In this document: positions 47,501-57,637 of the stretch, piece after piece | How positions within the stretch are numbered: the stretch's first letter is position 1 | How the letters are laid out: each line of letters starts with the position of its first letter | Virus record (IMG/VR): IMGVR_UViG_3300029286_000036 | Coordinates: 1,905 to 65,904 of that record | DNA: 64,000 nucleotides | DNA from: a virus | Taxonomy: Duplodnaviria; Caudoviricetes | Reading direction: 5' to 3' (one strand) | The notes under the pieces: generated by a model | What the model was told of the DNA's origin: nothing | The model's input: the letters and a program-made list of their open reading frames with translations, nothing else | Databases searched by the model: none | Translations under genes and position numbers: made by a program

Positions 47501-49369
47501 AAAAACCCCATTTCTTTTCATCATTGTGACTATTTTGCAGAGAGGCATTATTTCATCAGTGTAGAACCAGTCAATTTTAGATTCCCCATACTCAGAGTAA
47601 AATTTATTCATTAGAACTTCAAATATACCTAAGGTTAAAAAGGCATCCGCACAGTTATGGGTTATTATTCCATTTACTACATAGGACTCATCCTTGTCTA
47701 CTGAGATATTATGTACCTGTGTCTTTTTCCATTCTTTATCTATTCTTAAAATCCTAACATGTCTCTTAAATGAACAATCTCCTTTAATGTCATTTCTCTT
47801 TTTTATTTTTAAAAATAAATTTAATTTAGTTGCCTCATTTGTAGTTAATAGAAGATTATATCTATGCCTTCTATTTTCAGTAGCGTTATAATCTCCTCTA
47901 TATGCACTAATTTCGTGTTTTGAAAATAATAAATCTATTGTATTAATTAAATTATAAGAGGTTACACATAAATCTAATTGATATGTAAATCTTCTGGTTT
48001 TCATCTTCCTAAAATGACCATCACCGTCATATACTCCAGCAATCAATGACATTGCTGCATCGTAGTTATTGAGAAGATAACTAAAAACTTCTTTACTTAT
48101 CTTTTTTTCATAACATTTAAAATTTCCTCCACTTAATCTTAAGAATAACTCCCCTAATTTAGTATCACAGATAACCACATCTCTACCTTTACTTTCTGCC
48201 TTTTTTATTATGGAGCATTTAATTCCTCTTTCTTTTAAAAAATTACTAAAAAAAGGAACTTCATCTTGGTGCAACGTTATGACTAGGTATTTGTTATTAT
48301 TCTGAATCCTAACGTATCCTTCTGCTAAGTATAATCCAAAAAACCACCAAAAATCATTATCCATCTCTGACAAACAAGTTCTATCTTCTATTATTATCTG
48401 AGGCTTGGTTAATAAGTCATTCATTTTTAAGTCACATACTTTTACCCATTCGTATTTTAAAGTTTTTTCATTTAAAACCAAAAAAGGATGCTCTCCAGTA
48501 ACGTTCTTTATTTTTCTACCACCCTCCAAAGAAATGTTGTAAATATAATCCTCTACTTCTTGAGTTTTAGTTGCGTACACTTCATGAATACTTCCTGTAT
48601 GCGTTATCACTTTATCTCCAGTGCTTACGTCCTCAATAAACTTAGCGGAACCGTCTTCCATAGAAACTAAAGCCGAATTCTTTTCAAAACATGCGTATTT
48701 ACTCTGATACCAAGATTCGGCTCTCCAGACCTCCTTTGAAGTTCCACCATTTTCAATAATAGATTTAACCAGTTCTTGCTGTTCTATATTAGCTGCCATG
48801 TAGGGATTTATACCTAGCTCTTCTTTGTATTGTTCCGCAATTTTTTTTAATCCATGAGGTGAATTTTCATCCAATGTGTGGTGCAAAAGTCCGACATCAC
48901 AAAATACATTATCCTTAATATCTAAACCAGTATTGACGAAAATCATGTTAACATCAAAGGGAGCATTTTGTAGAATTAAATTTCCAGAAGTAAGCCATTT
49001 TTTCATATAATCTACTATGAATTGAGGAGGTGAGTATTCCTCTGGAGTTACAAATTCTGGATATTCCTTTCCTGTCCAAATGTCCACATAATTACCACTC
49101 ATGAAGCATTCATATACTTCACCTTTAATTGTTCTTTTTTTAAGGCTGGTTGGGATTTTTTTCCATTCTAAAAATGGAATGTAAAATCCTTGGTCTTTAG
49201 ATACAGCGACTGAGAATCCAATTACAACTGACTTATAAAGTAATAATCCATTAGTCTCAGTGTCTATCGCTAAAAAGTCAAATTTAGGTTTATCTCCGTC
49301 CATGAGGAAGAAGTCTAACTCTTTTAACTTCTCTAGGGAATCTATTCTATTGTGTTTCGTGAAGGGCAT
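44576..49369 (-). CDS. polA: DNA polymerase family A with 3'-5' exonuclease and two inteins (spliced about 894 aa)
   Basis: DTETNGL, N..FD, YA..DA exonuclease motifs; GT.SGRFS, NLQ, ADFSSLE.R, R..IK.LVLG..YG, IHDE. Confidence 0.92.
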   Translation of the reverse strand: MPFTKHNRIDSLEKLKELDFFLMDGDKPKFDFLAIDTETNGLLLYKSVVIGFSVAVSKDQGFYIPFLEWKKIPTSLKKRTIKGEVYECFMSGNYVDIWTGKEYPEFVTPEEYSPPQFIVDYMKKWLTSGNLILQNAPFDVNMIFVNTGLDIKDNVFCDVGLLHHTLDENSPHGLKKIAEQYKEELGINPYMAANIEQQELVKSIIENGGTSKEVWRAESWYQSKYACFEKNSALVSMEDGSAKFIEDVSTGDKVITHTGSIHEVYATKTQEVEDYIYNISLEGGRKIKNVTGEHPFLVLNEKTLKYEWVKVCDLKMNDLLTKPQIIIEDRTCLSEMDNDFWWFFGLYLAEGYVRIQNNNKYLVITLHQDEVPFFSNFLKERGIKCSIIKKAESKGRDVVICDTKLGELFLRLSGGNFKCYEKKISKEVFSYLLNNYDAAMSLIAGVYDGDGHFRKMKTRRFTYQLDLCVTSYNLINTIDLLFSKHEISAYRGDYNATENRRHRYNLLLTTNEATKLNLFLKIKKRNDIKGDCSFKRHVRILRIDKEWKKTQVHNISVDKDESYVVNGIITHNCADAFLTLGIFEVLMNKFYSEYGESKIDWFYTDEIMPLCKIVTMMKRNGVFIDVEHFKKLEIETKQMMLKLEDNIINNISPYLDDFTLGKSIDESISNQRLVKKIADLEGLSLPKDSKTGKDTMSKPAIKKAYQINPHWLFGFILGEEEIKYSDEKLKKIKQELYEEIEERRYSFNINSDAHVRWLFCEKLGMSAKDLPQTDSATKDNLIPSMKAEVLIEHMLPKFDFVKDLLTYNKLAKLYSSYVLPAIKLNINGYLTVDWRQSGTISGRFSCAGGFNLQTLPKVEEESNCCSKCQSEDVEMTSPIELLLTKTCKTCGHVEENIIQPSAIKKGFTAPKGWKIVNADFSSLEPRCVDPDSLVNIKDSGIKLFKDVKEGDLIETKYGFKTILKKWTSIKNNISIITKRGLVRCSNEHKIYVLNKGFIEAKDIVKGDIIEDCKFNIEHKDNIKLPLFPKKNPNAEKPIGYFNLDDDIYWVLGAFVGDGIWARTGRANYIGVCGLEEDGVITRFNEIMMRYGYKGGIYTDKRTQGMKALNFHDAWLVDIFKHTFNVIDEVKKTLRVPTFIFNSSLERKLNFIAGLIDTDGTYKKGGELCFSTKSILLATDIINLLDSIGLDGILCCADKKSVNKTHEGYIIRLTSISVNKLIDLDFQKFQIVERKKVKEKRKVIKTHRQSAEVIRILYGQEEELIDITVEGNEEFICNGMRVHNCFAFCSGDKKLKEVFLKGLDLYSQVFCDMFDNKHKYSANPKDDNYLKKINNPERTKIKPLVLGIPYGAKEAQVCHMLNLVEEDGKPMYEEGKLVIDLYLKAYPQLHRYMKERESECIEQGYVESLIGRRRHFEFAPYVSKKILGRSIIKDTKESIKMRKDLFEKFLSTAASRLEEATVKIQGTSIELREEDLKEISRKFKIDYAKIAEHGYWSFIKNLCKVEYNGSKNTPIQSLAAHIANRSMIEVETLLRENNVEGFISMQIHDEITMLVREDQAELAAKCLQQGMEKNKYAQMLDIPMIAEPVICDSLKESK
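45521..46591 (-). mobile_element. Intein with LAGLIDADG endonuclease in PolA motif A (357 aa)
   Basis: SLEPR|CVDPDS ... LGAFVGDG, FIAGLIDTDG ... MRVHN|CFA. Confidence 0.9.
47654..48691 (-). mobile_element. Intein with LAGLIDADG endonuclease in PolA ExoIII motif (346 aa)
   Basis: KYA|CFEKNS ... GLYLAEG, IAGVYDGDG ... IITHN|CAD. Confidence 0.9.
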
Positions 49370-49424
49370 TCTTACTCCTCTAATACTATTGTATCAGAAA
49401 AACGTCATCTTGTCAAGTAAAAAA

Positions 49425-50042
49425 TTATTTATTTCCTTTTTTCATGTTATCTATGTGCCAAAGAGGTTGGAGATTGGTATAGTGACATGCTTCCAGTAAG
49501 TGTTCTCTAATAGTTAAATCAAATTTGGATAAAGGTTTAATGTGGTCAATACTCCACTGCCCTTCTTTATTTCCGTGATTTTCCCAAGACATTCCGCTTA
49601 AGAATTTAGATTCAAGATAGGTTTTAAGAAAATCAATAGAACATCCTAAGTCTCTTACTGCTGAACCTGATTTATAACCTCGTTTAATAGCAGAATGTAA
49701 TCTAGCTCTTAAGGTTCTACTCAATTTAAAATTTACATCATTTGATTGTCTTTTTTGTAAGTAGACTCTCATGTAATCTCTCTTCTCTACTTTATGAGAA
49801 TTATCATATTCCTTTCTCACATCTTTTATTTTCAAATAACGATTTCTATCATACTCACTTTTATCGGTCTTTTTTCCAATCCAATAATTCTTATTGCTTT
49901 CTTTTTTTAAAGGATGACTTAAGTAATACTCTTTAGAACTTATACTACGACAAGCTTTACATGCATAACAACTCTTACTAAACAATTTAAGTTCCTTAAT
50001 TTCTCCGCATTTATTACATTTTCTTAATTCTAAGTCTTTCAT
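49425..50042 (-). CDS. HNH homing endonuclease
   Basis: C..C, LGCS...L..YLE..F..GM.W.N, W.IDHI.P, HYTNLQPLW..DN..K. Confidence 0.85.
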   Translation of the reverse strand: MKDLELRKCNKCGEIKELKLFSKSCYACKACRSISSKEYYLSHPLKKESNKNYWIGKKTDKSEYDRNRYLKIKDVRKEYDNSHKVEKRDYMRVYLQKRQSNDVNFKLSRTLRARLHSAIKRGYKSGSAVRDLGCSIDFLKTYLESKFLSGMSWENHGNKEGQWSIDHIKPLSKFDLTIREHLLEACHYTNLQPLWHIDNMKKGNK

Positions 50043-50053
50043 ATGCTTTTTTC

Positions 50054-52015
50054 TTATTTCTTATTTGGTCTAATCTTATTTAAAATATTTTCTAAATCTT
50101 CAGCACTATTGCTATAATTATACTCACATACTTTCTTCTTTTCGCTATTCTCTCTAGCTTCAGTAGCTTTTGGAATTAAGTCTTTTAGGGTATCGTATTC
50201 TTCTGGAGTAGCCATACTTAATTCTCCTGTATTGGGTTCAAAACTTAATAGACGAGGCTGCAATACTCGTAGAGGGTCTGTTCTTCTTTTTTCTCTAACT
50301 TTAGCATAATGAAATGATAAAAAATACGCATCCAGTAAATGTTGTACACGTAACAATGGTTGCCAAATTGTAATGATATAATCAGCTATATTTTCAAATT
50401 GTGAAATACCATAGGCACCATCAATTGCGATAGGAACATCTCCTGTACCTTTACCTTTTGTAGTTTGGGTTAAAACTATCAAAAAAACATTTAACATCTT
50501 AGCTAAAGGTTTTAATTGAGTAGCAAGATTTTCCATACTTAGACATCTCTTATCTCCTCTCTGTTGTAGTTCGTTTTCTGCTCCAAAAGTGTATTTTTTA
50601 TGTAAATCAACTACTCTACTCATTATACCTATGTGGTCAATGGCTACACACCCAACTTCTTTTCCTGTTTGTTTTTTAATCTCAGTTGTATATTCAAAAA
50701 CTTCCTGAATTCCTATATTTCTAGGTTCCCCTAACTCATCTTCATTTCCTATAACATATAATCTATTGGCTAAGTCTGATTCTTTTCCTACCAAAGCTAT
50801 CCACCTTTCAACTATATCTTCTGCGGGCATTTCTAAACTAAAAAACACATATACATCATCTTTTGTTGGATTATTAAATATCATGTCTTTCAATATCTTT
50901 AACGCAACACAGGTCTTTCCTATGCTTGGTCCAGCTATTAATCCTAAAACTTGCTTTTTTGCCCATGGCTTAGTTAGGCAATCAAACATTGTTGGACCAT
51001 TTACAGGTTCTCCAACTGTATCCTGTATCCCCATCCTAATTTGCTGTGCAACTGTCATAAATCTGTTTTTAGCTCTTCCAATATAAGCCTTATCCACAGT
51101 TCCTATCGCATACTCGTATCGAGAGCTTCCTTTAGAAAGTGCCTTCTGCGTATTAGCTATTACAGCTAATGCATCATTCTTTTTAATATCTTTATTATAT
51201 AAAATATTAGCTAACTTTAAATCAGCGGAAGACCTATCTCCCTTATACATTGTAGGATTATTGAAGAGGTCGCTAACTTGTTGATTCTCATACATCAAAT
51301 CTATAAATGATTCAGGTAATTCATCTAAATTTACATCTTGTGACACGTTGATTTGTAATTTTCCATCTAACTTATCTAAATGATTTTGAGCTTTCTTGTT
51401 ATCGATTTCCGATACTGTGAATAATTCCGAAGGAAGGTCATTTAATGTGTATTCCTTATCAGTGTTTTCTACATCTTCAATTCTTGTAGACATAATCTGA
51501 CTATCATAGTGCTTTGTATTTACATAATTTGGTACTCTCATTAATTGAAGGACAGTCCATACCGAGGGGTCTGACTTAAAGTAGTGAATTAAGTTTAATT
51601 GAAGTAATACATAGGATTCTCTATCTAAATCTAATATCCTCCAGTAAGCATGTACCCCGTGTCCTGAATCTACTACCATGGATGGTTTTAGTGAAAATTC
51701 AGATAATTTAGCATAAACTTCTTCTTTGGAGGCATATACTTTATCCTTAAGGTCTATGTCTATAAATATATAATTAAACACATCTATATCATTACCATTT
51801 GCATACCATTTTCCCTGAGCGTATATATCTGTGGAAGGATGATTTGGCATCCAATAAATATTATATCCCAATGAGTTTAATATCTGTACAGTTTCTTTAT
51901 CAAAACATCCTTCTATGATATCGTTGCCATCAATTTCTTGTACAAATTCGGGATTTGGCTCATCCTTTAACATGGGTTTTGCCCAATTTGGTTTTATGCA
52001 CCTATAAAAAGTCAT
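50054..52015 (-). CDS. Fused primase (AEP/RepB-like) and SF4/DnaB-like helicase
   Basis: FIDIDLKD, SGHGVHAYW, LMRVP; Walker A AGPSIGKT, FSLEM, IDHI, LTQ. Confidence 0.8.
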   Translation of the reverse strand: MTFYRCIKPNWAKPMLKDEPNPEFVQEIDGNDIIEGCFDKETVQILNSLGYNIYWMPNHPSTDIYAQGKWYANGNDIDVFNYIFIDIDLKDKVYASKEEVYAKLSEFSLKPSMVVDSGHGVHAYWRILDLDRESYVLLQLNLIHYFKSDPSVWTVLQLMRVPNYVNTKHYDSQIMSTRIEDVENTDKEYTLNDLPSELFTVSEIDNKKAQNHLDKLDGKLQINVSQDVNLDELPESFIDLMYENQQVSDLFNNPTMYKGDRSSADLKLANILYNKDIKKNDALAVIANTQKALSKGSSRYEYAIGTVDKAYIGRAKNRFMTVAQQIRMGIQDTVGEPVNGPTMFDCLTKPWAKKQVLGLIAGPSIGKTCVALKILKDMIFNNPTKDDVYVFFSLEMPAEDIVERWIALVGKESDLANRLYVIGNEDELGEPRNIGIQEVFEYTTEIKKQTGKEVGCVAIDHIGIMSRVVDLHKKYTFGAENELQQRGDKRCLSMENLATQLKPLAKMLNVFLIVLTQTTKGKGTGDVPIAIDGAYGISQFENIADYIITIWQPLLRVQHLLDAYFLSFHYAKVREKRRTDPLRVLQPRLLSFEPNTGELSMATPEEYDTLKDLIPKATEARENSEKKKVCEYNYSNSAEDLENILNKIRPNKK

Positions 52016-52051
52016 ATTACATCCTTATGCCTAGGATTGTTACTCTTACCA

Positions 52052-52908
52052 TTAATCTACTTTTTTAACGTGATACTTATTGCCCAAGTCTATCATTATT
52101 GAGTTTACTGCACCAATTTTCTTGCTATTTTCGGATACACCTCTTATAGCCATTTGAAAAACTTGAAAGCATTCGCCTGTTTCTGAATCTACATAAAATA
52201 ATTTACCTTTATGATAAGGGTCTCTTTCTGTAGAATCTTTTTTTGTATCATTTGGATTATCCATAATGATTGAACAAAATGTTTCACCTTTTGAATCTTT
52301 CTTTTCAAAAATCTTACCAATGAATTTCTTAAGTGCGTTTTTGTTGTCTTCCATTTCTTTAATTCTCCCTTTTTTATTACTTATTTTTTACCTATATTAA
52401 ATCTTGCTAATGTTGCTTTAACTGCCGGATTACTTGACGTAACTGGTGTTTTTGGAGCTTCTTGAACAACTGGAGCTGGGGTAGGTGCTACTACAACCGG
52501 AGCTACTGGAGTTGTATTTATTTTATTCATAAATGAAGGTCTTGCAACAGGGGTTTCCGCTTTAGGAACTACTGGAGCTGCTACAGGTTCTGGTTCGCAT
52601 TCTGGTGAAGGAGCAACTTCTTCATTATTCCCATAAACAGATGCCCATTCTTTAGGAAATAAAGTATTGTCGGTCTTAGACTGACCATATTTGAATTCCA
52701 TGTTTGTATCTTTATCCACTATGGAATAAAACTTGCTACCATCTTTTACTTTACGATAAGTAATTACTAAATTAGTACCGCCTTTAAATCCCTTTGTAGG
52801 AATACCAGAATAGAATGAAGCTTTTTCAAAGAACTCTTTTTGAGTCGTAGCTTCTTCTTTAATGGTAAACTCAGTCTCGCCAATCTTTAATTTCATCTCA
52901 AAATTCAT
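52052..52908 (-). CDS. Two replication-region proteins (52052-52354, 52381-52908), possible ssDNA-binding proteins
   Basis: Small beta-rich domains; second has Pro/Ala linker and C-terminal helix. Confidence 0.35.
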
Positions 52909-52959
52909 AATACCTCCAATTCGTTGTATTTATATCACATCTTAGTCAAAAAATCAAAT

Positions 52960-54600
52960 TTATTTTATCGTGTATTTTCCATCAATGATATTAATAAGTT
53001 GTCTCTGACCATTTTCATAAATTATGCACAAAGTTTGTAACCAAGAAGAAGGACCGACATTGTAGACTAATTGTAAATAAGAAGAAGTTCCTACAGCCCA
53101 TGCATCTCTTAGAATTCCTGGGGCATGTGAGTGACCTGTTACAGACTTAACATAAGACTTTTCCATAGAAGCTAAATTTCCTCTACTTCCGTTTGGTCCT
53201 TTGTCCCCATGTGCTCCACATTCTATGCCAGCTATCTTAAAATCTTCATCTCTTCTAAGCCATTTTATATTAGTTTCCATTCTGACCCCTGATTCATTTA
53301 CTCCAACTTGAAGAGGGTCTTTCTTGTCAAGTATAGCAATAGATAGTTCTAATCCAATTCTAAGATTTGAAGAATCATTATGAAAATGACCTGCTGATAA
53401 ATATCTATTTAGAAAGTCATCATGGTTAGATTTTACAACAACCACTTCATCTGTTAGTTTTGCTAACATATTTAGGTCTTTAGCAACCCCAGCCAACTCT
53501 TCTTTTATATCTAATTTTCCAGCTTCAGCTCTTATACACTTGAGTGTTGAGTTATCCTTTTCATAAGGATTTATACTCATTCCATTAAAAACATCATGAA
53601 GAATTATTCTTTTGGGTTTTAATTTAATTGCAAGTTCTTTTATTGCTTTGACAACTTTAGGGTCAGTTTCGCCTGAATGCCAATCCCCTGGAATCATTGC
53701 TGCTGGAGCTACCTCTTTACAAGTTGTACCTGTATACTCTTTTCCAAAATCACAAAAAGAACCATTCTCATCAAACTGAATTGGTCTTGGATGAAATACT
53801 TGTTCATCCTGAATTTCTACTACAAATGCTCCCATTTTATGGTCAGAATCTGCAATATAATCTGTTCTCCCTGACCCATACTTTTCCGACTTATAATTAG
53901 GAAAGGTAATTGCGCCAGTAGTCATTAACGCATGCGGAAGTTTTGTATTTGATATAGATTCCATTTTTAACATCTGTTTTGGAGATGCAAATACGAAAGA
54001 ACCTTCTTTTTGAATCCTACTCAATCCTGTTGTAGGATTTATTTGCTTTGCAGTCGTCTTAATTGCACATATGAAAAAATTAGAATTCAACTCAGTGTCA
54101 TCCATGATTATGTGTTCATCTTTTAGTAATCTGTCAATAGTACCATAACCGCCCATAGAATTAGCAGGGTCAGAACATACTACTATTAGTAATTCAGCTT
54201 TATTTATTTTACAGTAGTTCTTAACTGACTTTAATGCATTCTCATCTACAGCACATCCAGTTACGGCTGTTGTTATAATGAATCTGTTATTTTTCTTTAT
54301 AACTTCCTTTATCTCATTTTGACAATCATCATTTGTAAAATTTTCAACAGCTATATCTGTAAATGATTCTGGATACTGTTTTCTAGCAAGGTCATATATT
54401 TCCTTTACAGAACCAAAACGATTCTTAAAAAAGGATTCACTTATTTCAGCATGTTTGCAAAAACCAACAAGAGTAACTATTCCTAATTTAGAAATGTAAT
54501 ACTCAACAAACATTTTAACTAAATTATCAATTCGTTGATTTTCTAGTTCTTGCTGTTTTTGTTCTCTTTCTTTTTTAGCTTTTTCTAAATCTTCTCTCAT
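52960..54600 (-). CDS. T5 A1-like metallophosphoesterase-fold nuclease
   Basis: GDWH, HDVF, SNHD, HGD.GPNG.RG, GHSH.PGI, L.YN.GPSSW, Y.NG.RQLI; about 550 aa. Confidence 0.7.
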   Translation of the reverse strand: MREDLEKAKKEREQKQQELENQRIDNLVKMFVEYYISKLGIVTLVGFCKHAEISESFFKNRFGSVKEIYDLARKQYPESFTDIAVENFTNDDCQNEIKEVIKKNNRFIITTAVTGCAVDENALKSVKNYCKINKAELLIVVCSDPANSMGGYGTIDRLLKDEHIIMDDTELNSNFFICAIKTTAKQINPTTGLSRIQKEGSFVFASPKQMLKMESISNTKLPHALMTTGAITFPNYKSEKYGSGRTDYIADSDHKMGAFVVEIQDEQVFHPRPIQFDENGSFCDFGKEYTGTTCKEVAPAAMIPGDWHSGETDPKVVKAIKELAIKLKPKRIILHDVFNGMSINPYEKDNSTLKCIRAEAGKLDIKEELAGVAKDLNMLAKLTDEVVVVKSNHDDFLNRYLSAGHFHNDSSNLRIGLELSIAILDKKDPLQVGVNESGVRMETNIKWLRRDEDFKIAGIECGAHGDKGPNGSRGNLASMEKSYVKSVTGHSHAPGILRDAWAVGTSSYLQLVYNVGPSSWLQTLCIIYENGQRQLINIIDGKYTIK

Positions 54601-54977
54601 TTTTTTATCCCCTTTTTATAATCCTTGGAACATTGAATAGAGGTGTCTCTATTCTTCTCATAATCATCTTTTCCTCTATCAGGATTAGCTAATACTCGCC
54701 TTTCCCATGTTTCTTGATTATATTCTGGATTTCTAAGTAAAGCTTTTTGATAGCATTCTTTATTAAAATCTGGATTAAGAGCTAATCTTCTTTGATATTC
54801 ATCTCTATTTATATTTGGATTTAATAATTTATCTCTAGCATATCTCTCTCTATCTACCAAGGTAGTACATGATTTACACCTATGAGATATACCATCATGT
54901 CGGGATTTATTTTTATGGAAATCGGAAAAATCTTTCCATTGCTGACATTTACTACATTTTTTGGTCTTGTCCACCAT
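54597..54977 (-). pseudogene. Truncated homing-endonuclease remnant (Zn finger plus NP-repeat helices, no nuclease domain)
   Basis: K.CSKC...K...FHK....DG....CK.C then repeats (LNPN, LNPD, RNPE, ANPD) and stop. Confidence 0.45.
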
Positions 54978-55032
54978 TGTAATTCTAACCTCTCAGATAC
55001 ATTCTAACACAAAACAGTTACATTGTCAAGTA

Positions 55033-55599
55033 TTATTTTTTACCTCTCGTACTTGGACTATCAGATTCTGCTAAAACAAATCCAGCAATATTAAATATAC
55101 TTACTCGCTGTTTATTACCAGTTACATATTTATCGCCAGTCATTAATTCTTTTAAACGATAATACCACATTCTATTAAAATCATCTAACATTCCTTTATT
55201 TTTTATAACATATTCTGAAGCTTTATCCATATCATTATTAAAATAAATAGCAGCAATTATCCCACATAGTGAAGACATGATGCTCTTCTGCTTTGATGTT
55301 AATTCTCTATGAATTGCAAAAGATAATCTTAATGCTTGAAGGTCTTTGCGTGCGTTATAGTGCAGCTTATCTTCATTCCTGATGATATAATCCAATCCTC
55401 TTTCGTTGGAATCTTTTAAAGTTGCAACTGTTTTATTTAACTCAGATATTTCTTTTATTATATAAACATCTGGGCAAATTGGATGATATAACAGACAGAA
55501 ATTACCTAGAACTTCGTACACTAAAAATGTATTAGATGCTTGATTTCCTTCCATCTTCAGTGTTACGGTCATTCCTTTTTCGATTTTTTTATCGTTCAT
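55033..55599 (-). CDS. Hypothetical protein
   Basis: ORF overlapping groEL stop. Confidence 0.55.
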   Translation of the reverse strand: MNDKKIEKGMTVTLKMEGNQASNTFLVYEVLGNFCLLYHPICPDVYIIKEISELNKTVATLKDSNERGLDYIIRNEDKLHYNARKDLQALRLSFAIHRELTSKQKSIMSSLCGIIAAIYFNNDMDKASEYVIKNKGMLDDFNRMWYYRLKELMTGDKYVTGNKQRVSIFNIAGFVLAESDSPSTRGKK

Positions 55600-57206
55600 T
55601 TGTTATCCCTCACATAGATTATTCCGCCACCTGCTGTACTCAATAACGCTGCAATCGAAACTGCATTTTCTAACGCACACCTAGTAACTTTAACTGGGTC
55701 TATTATTCCTGCTTCAAGTGCATTAACTATTCTACGATGCCTTGCGTCATAGACGTTTAATTCTTTACCTAAAATTTCACCCATTTCTTCAATCTTTAAT
55801 CCACCACTTCCGATATTTCTGAGTATCTGATTAAATGGTTCCATTAATGCCCGACACATTATCTTATCCCCAACATTGTCAGAATCTACTATACTCATTG
55901 CAATTTTTAATAATGCAACTCCACCACCAACCACCACACCTTCCTCGATTGCTGCTCTTGATGCATTTAAGGCATCTTCGATTCGGTCATATTTTTCTTT
56001 TATTTCAAAATCAGTAGCTCCACCAACTCCAATCTTTGCTATCCCACCTGTCAATGCTGCTATTCTATCTGCAACAACTTGAGCATCATATGGACTTTCT
56101 GCTGCTTTCTTTAACGCCTTAAGTTGGTCAACTCTTTCCAGAATATCTTCTTCAGCTCCCTGACCTCCGTAAATCGTAGTAGTATACTTATCAATCAGAA
56201 TTCTATCAACTAAACCAAAATCATCTAGTTCACAATTACTTAAGCCTCTATTGCCATTTCCAAGACGAGTTCCACCTGATAATACAGCTAAATCATCATA
56301 ATATCCAGTTCTTACTGTAGTCTGATGTGGTCCCTTAACGGCACAAAATGATAATCCAGCTTCTGCTCTCTGAATTAATAGCCATTGAATTGCTTCGTTG
56401 CTAAATTCATTTGCAAGTATCACAATCGGAGGAATAACTCCTTTTTTCTCTGCTGCTAAGATATTTAAAGCATTAACTAATTCGGTGTAATTAAGCATTT
56501 TTCCATCAAAGATTAATAAATAACATTTTTCTGCTTCGTAACGGGTTCTTTCACGATTATTAAAAAATCTATCTGTTGCTTCAGCCCCTCGTTTGAACTG
56601 GTACCCTTCCACAATCTCAAGGGTAGTATTTTGAGTATGTCCTTCGTCTACGGTAATGACTCCTTCTGCTCCAACTTTATCGAATGCTTTGCTTAATATT
56701 TCTCCAATCTCCTCATCGCCATTTGCTGAAATACAAGCAACCTGTTTAACCATTTCGTAATTATTTCCAACAGGAATAGCCATCTCTTTCAATTTTTCTA
56801 AAACTCTTTTTGAGGAGAGTTCTACTTGTTCTCTAACAAGCTGTGGATTTAATTCAGGATTTAATTTTAGAGTTTCCAGAGTTTGATTTAATATTGCTTC
56901 GCCTAACACAATCGCAGTGGTAGTTCCATCTCCTGCTGTTCTATTTGTTTTTTGACATATTGCCTTAACTGATTGAATTATTAAGTCTTTTTCTGGGTCA
57001 TCTGAGAAACACTCATTGGCAACGCTTACTCCGTCTTTGGTAATCTTAGGGGCTAAAGGAGACCCATCTAGTGCCTGTCCTATTCTCTGAATTATTATAG
57101 GAAGTCCACCTGGTCCGAGGGTTCTTTTTACGATTCCTGCAATTTCTTTCATGCCTTCTAAGATTTTCGGAAATAATGTTTCTTTTTCTAAAATCCTTTT
57201 GCTCAT
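55596..57206 (-). CDS. groEL: GroEL-like chaperonin
   Basis: TLGP.G, ITKDGVSVA, AGDGTTTA, ISANGD, RIEDALNA.RAA.EEG.V.GGG, GIIDP.KV. Confidence 0.92.
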   Translation of the reverse strand: MSKRILEKETLFPKILEGMKEIAGIVKRTLGPGGLPIIIQRIGQALDGSPLAPKITKDGVSVANECFSDDPEKDLIIQSVKAICQKTNRTAGDGTTTAIVLGEAILNQTLETLKLNPELNPQLVREQVELSSKRVLEKLKEMAIPVGNNYEMVKQVACISANGDEEIGEILSKAFDKVGAEGVITVDEGHTQNTTLEIVEGYQFKRGAEATDRFFNNRERTRYEAEKCYLLIFDGKMLNYTELVNALNILAAEKKGVIPPIVILANEFSNEAIQWLLIQRAEAGLSFCAVKGPHQTTVRTGYYDDLAVLSGGTRLGNGNRGLSNCELDDFGLVDRILIDKYTTTIYGGQGAEEDILERVDQLKALKKAAESPYDAQVVADRIAALTGGIAKIGVGGATDFEIKEKYDRIEDALNASRAAIEEGVVVGGGVALLKIAMSIVDSDNVGDKIMCRALMEPFNQILRNIGSGGLKIEEMGEILGKELNVYDARHRRIVNALEAGIIDPVKVTRCALENAVSIAALLSTAGGGIIYVRDNK

Positions 57207-57290
57207 GTATAAATCTCCTAATTAATTTTCAACTCAAGTAAGTTATATCATATTTCGAAGAATAAATCAAGAACTATTTCGTGTGTATGT

Positions 57291-57362
57291 GAAAATGTTA
57301 TAGATAATGTTATAGATAATGTTACAGAAAATGTTACTGATATTGTTATTGACTGTGGTTCT
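57291..57362 (+). repeat. Tandem degenerate 12-bp repeats (GAWAATGTTAYA), 5-6 copies, in AT-rich divergent intergenic region
   Basis: gaaaatgttata gataatgttata gataatgttaca gaaaatgttact gatattgttatt gactgtggttct. Confidence 0.8.
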
Positions 57363-57608
57363 TATAATATTTAAGAATATATATTATTTATTATATAATA
57401 TTCAATTATTAGAATTTAAACTGTTGTATTTTCTTAAAAGAAAAGAAATAAAAGAACAATTGAAGCTTCTAATAAAATTCTATTGTATATTCTAAAATAC
57501 ATTCTTCTGTAGTTTCTTATAAGATTCTTAAGATTCATTATATCTTATGTGGGGTCATACGAGCATTGAAGGTTCATCTGAAATATTCCGCCCGCCACAA
57601 AATAGACC

Positions 57609-57637
57609 TTGCCTTTTTTCCGAAAGTATGATATACT
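57609..57637 (+). promoter_or_regulatory. sigma70-type promoter TTGCCT-17-TATACT; divergent partner at about 57242-57270 on minus strand
   Basis: Direct reading. Confidence 0.7.

Noticed and set aside
5327-50042. Group I introns hosting the GIY-YIG/HNH genes
   Set aside because: Flanking genes appear complete and abut the endonuclease ORFs, leaving no room for intron cores
51029-51038. DnaA-box-like TTATCCACA
   Set aside because: Single copy inside the primase-helicase coding sequence; likely chance
2508-56082. Numerous plus-strand ORFs of 60-140 aa in the track
   Set aside because: All are antisense shadows of long minus-strand genes, with S/F/L-rich composition and no RBS or motifs
57291-57362. 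Tandem repeats as a CRISPR array
   Set aside because: 12-bp units with no spacers
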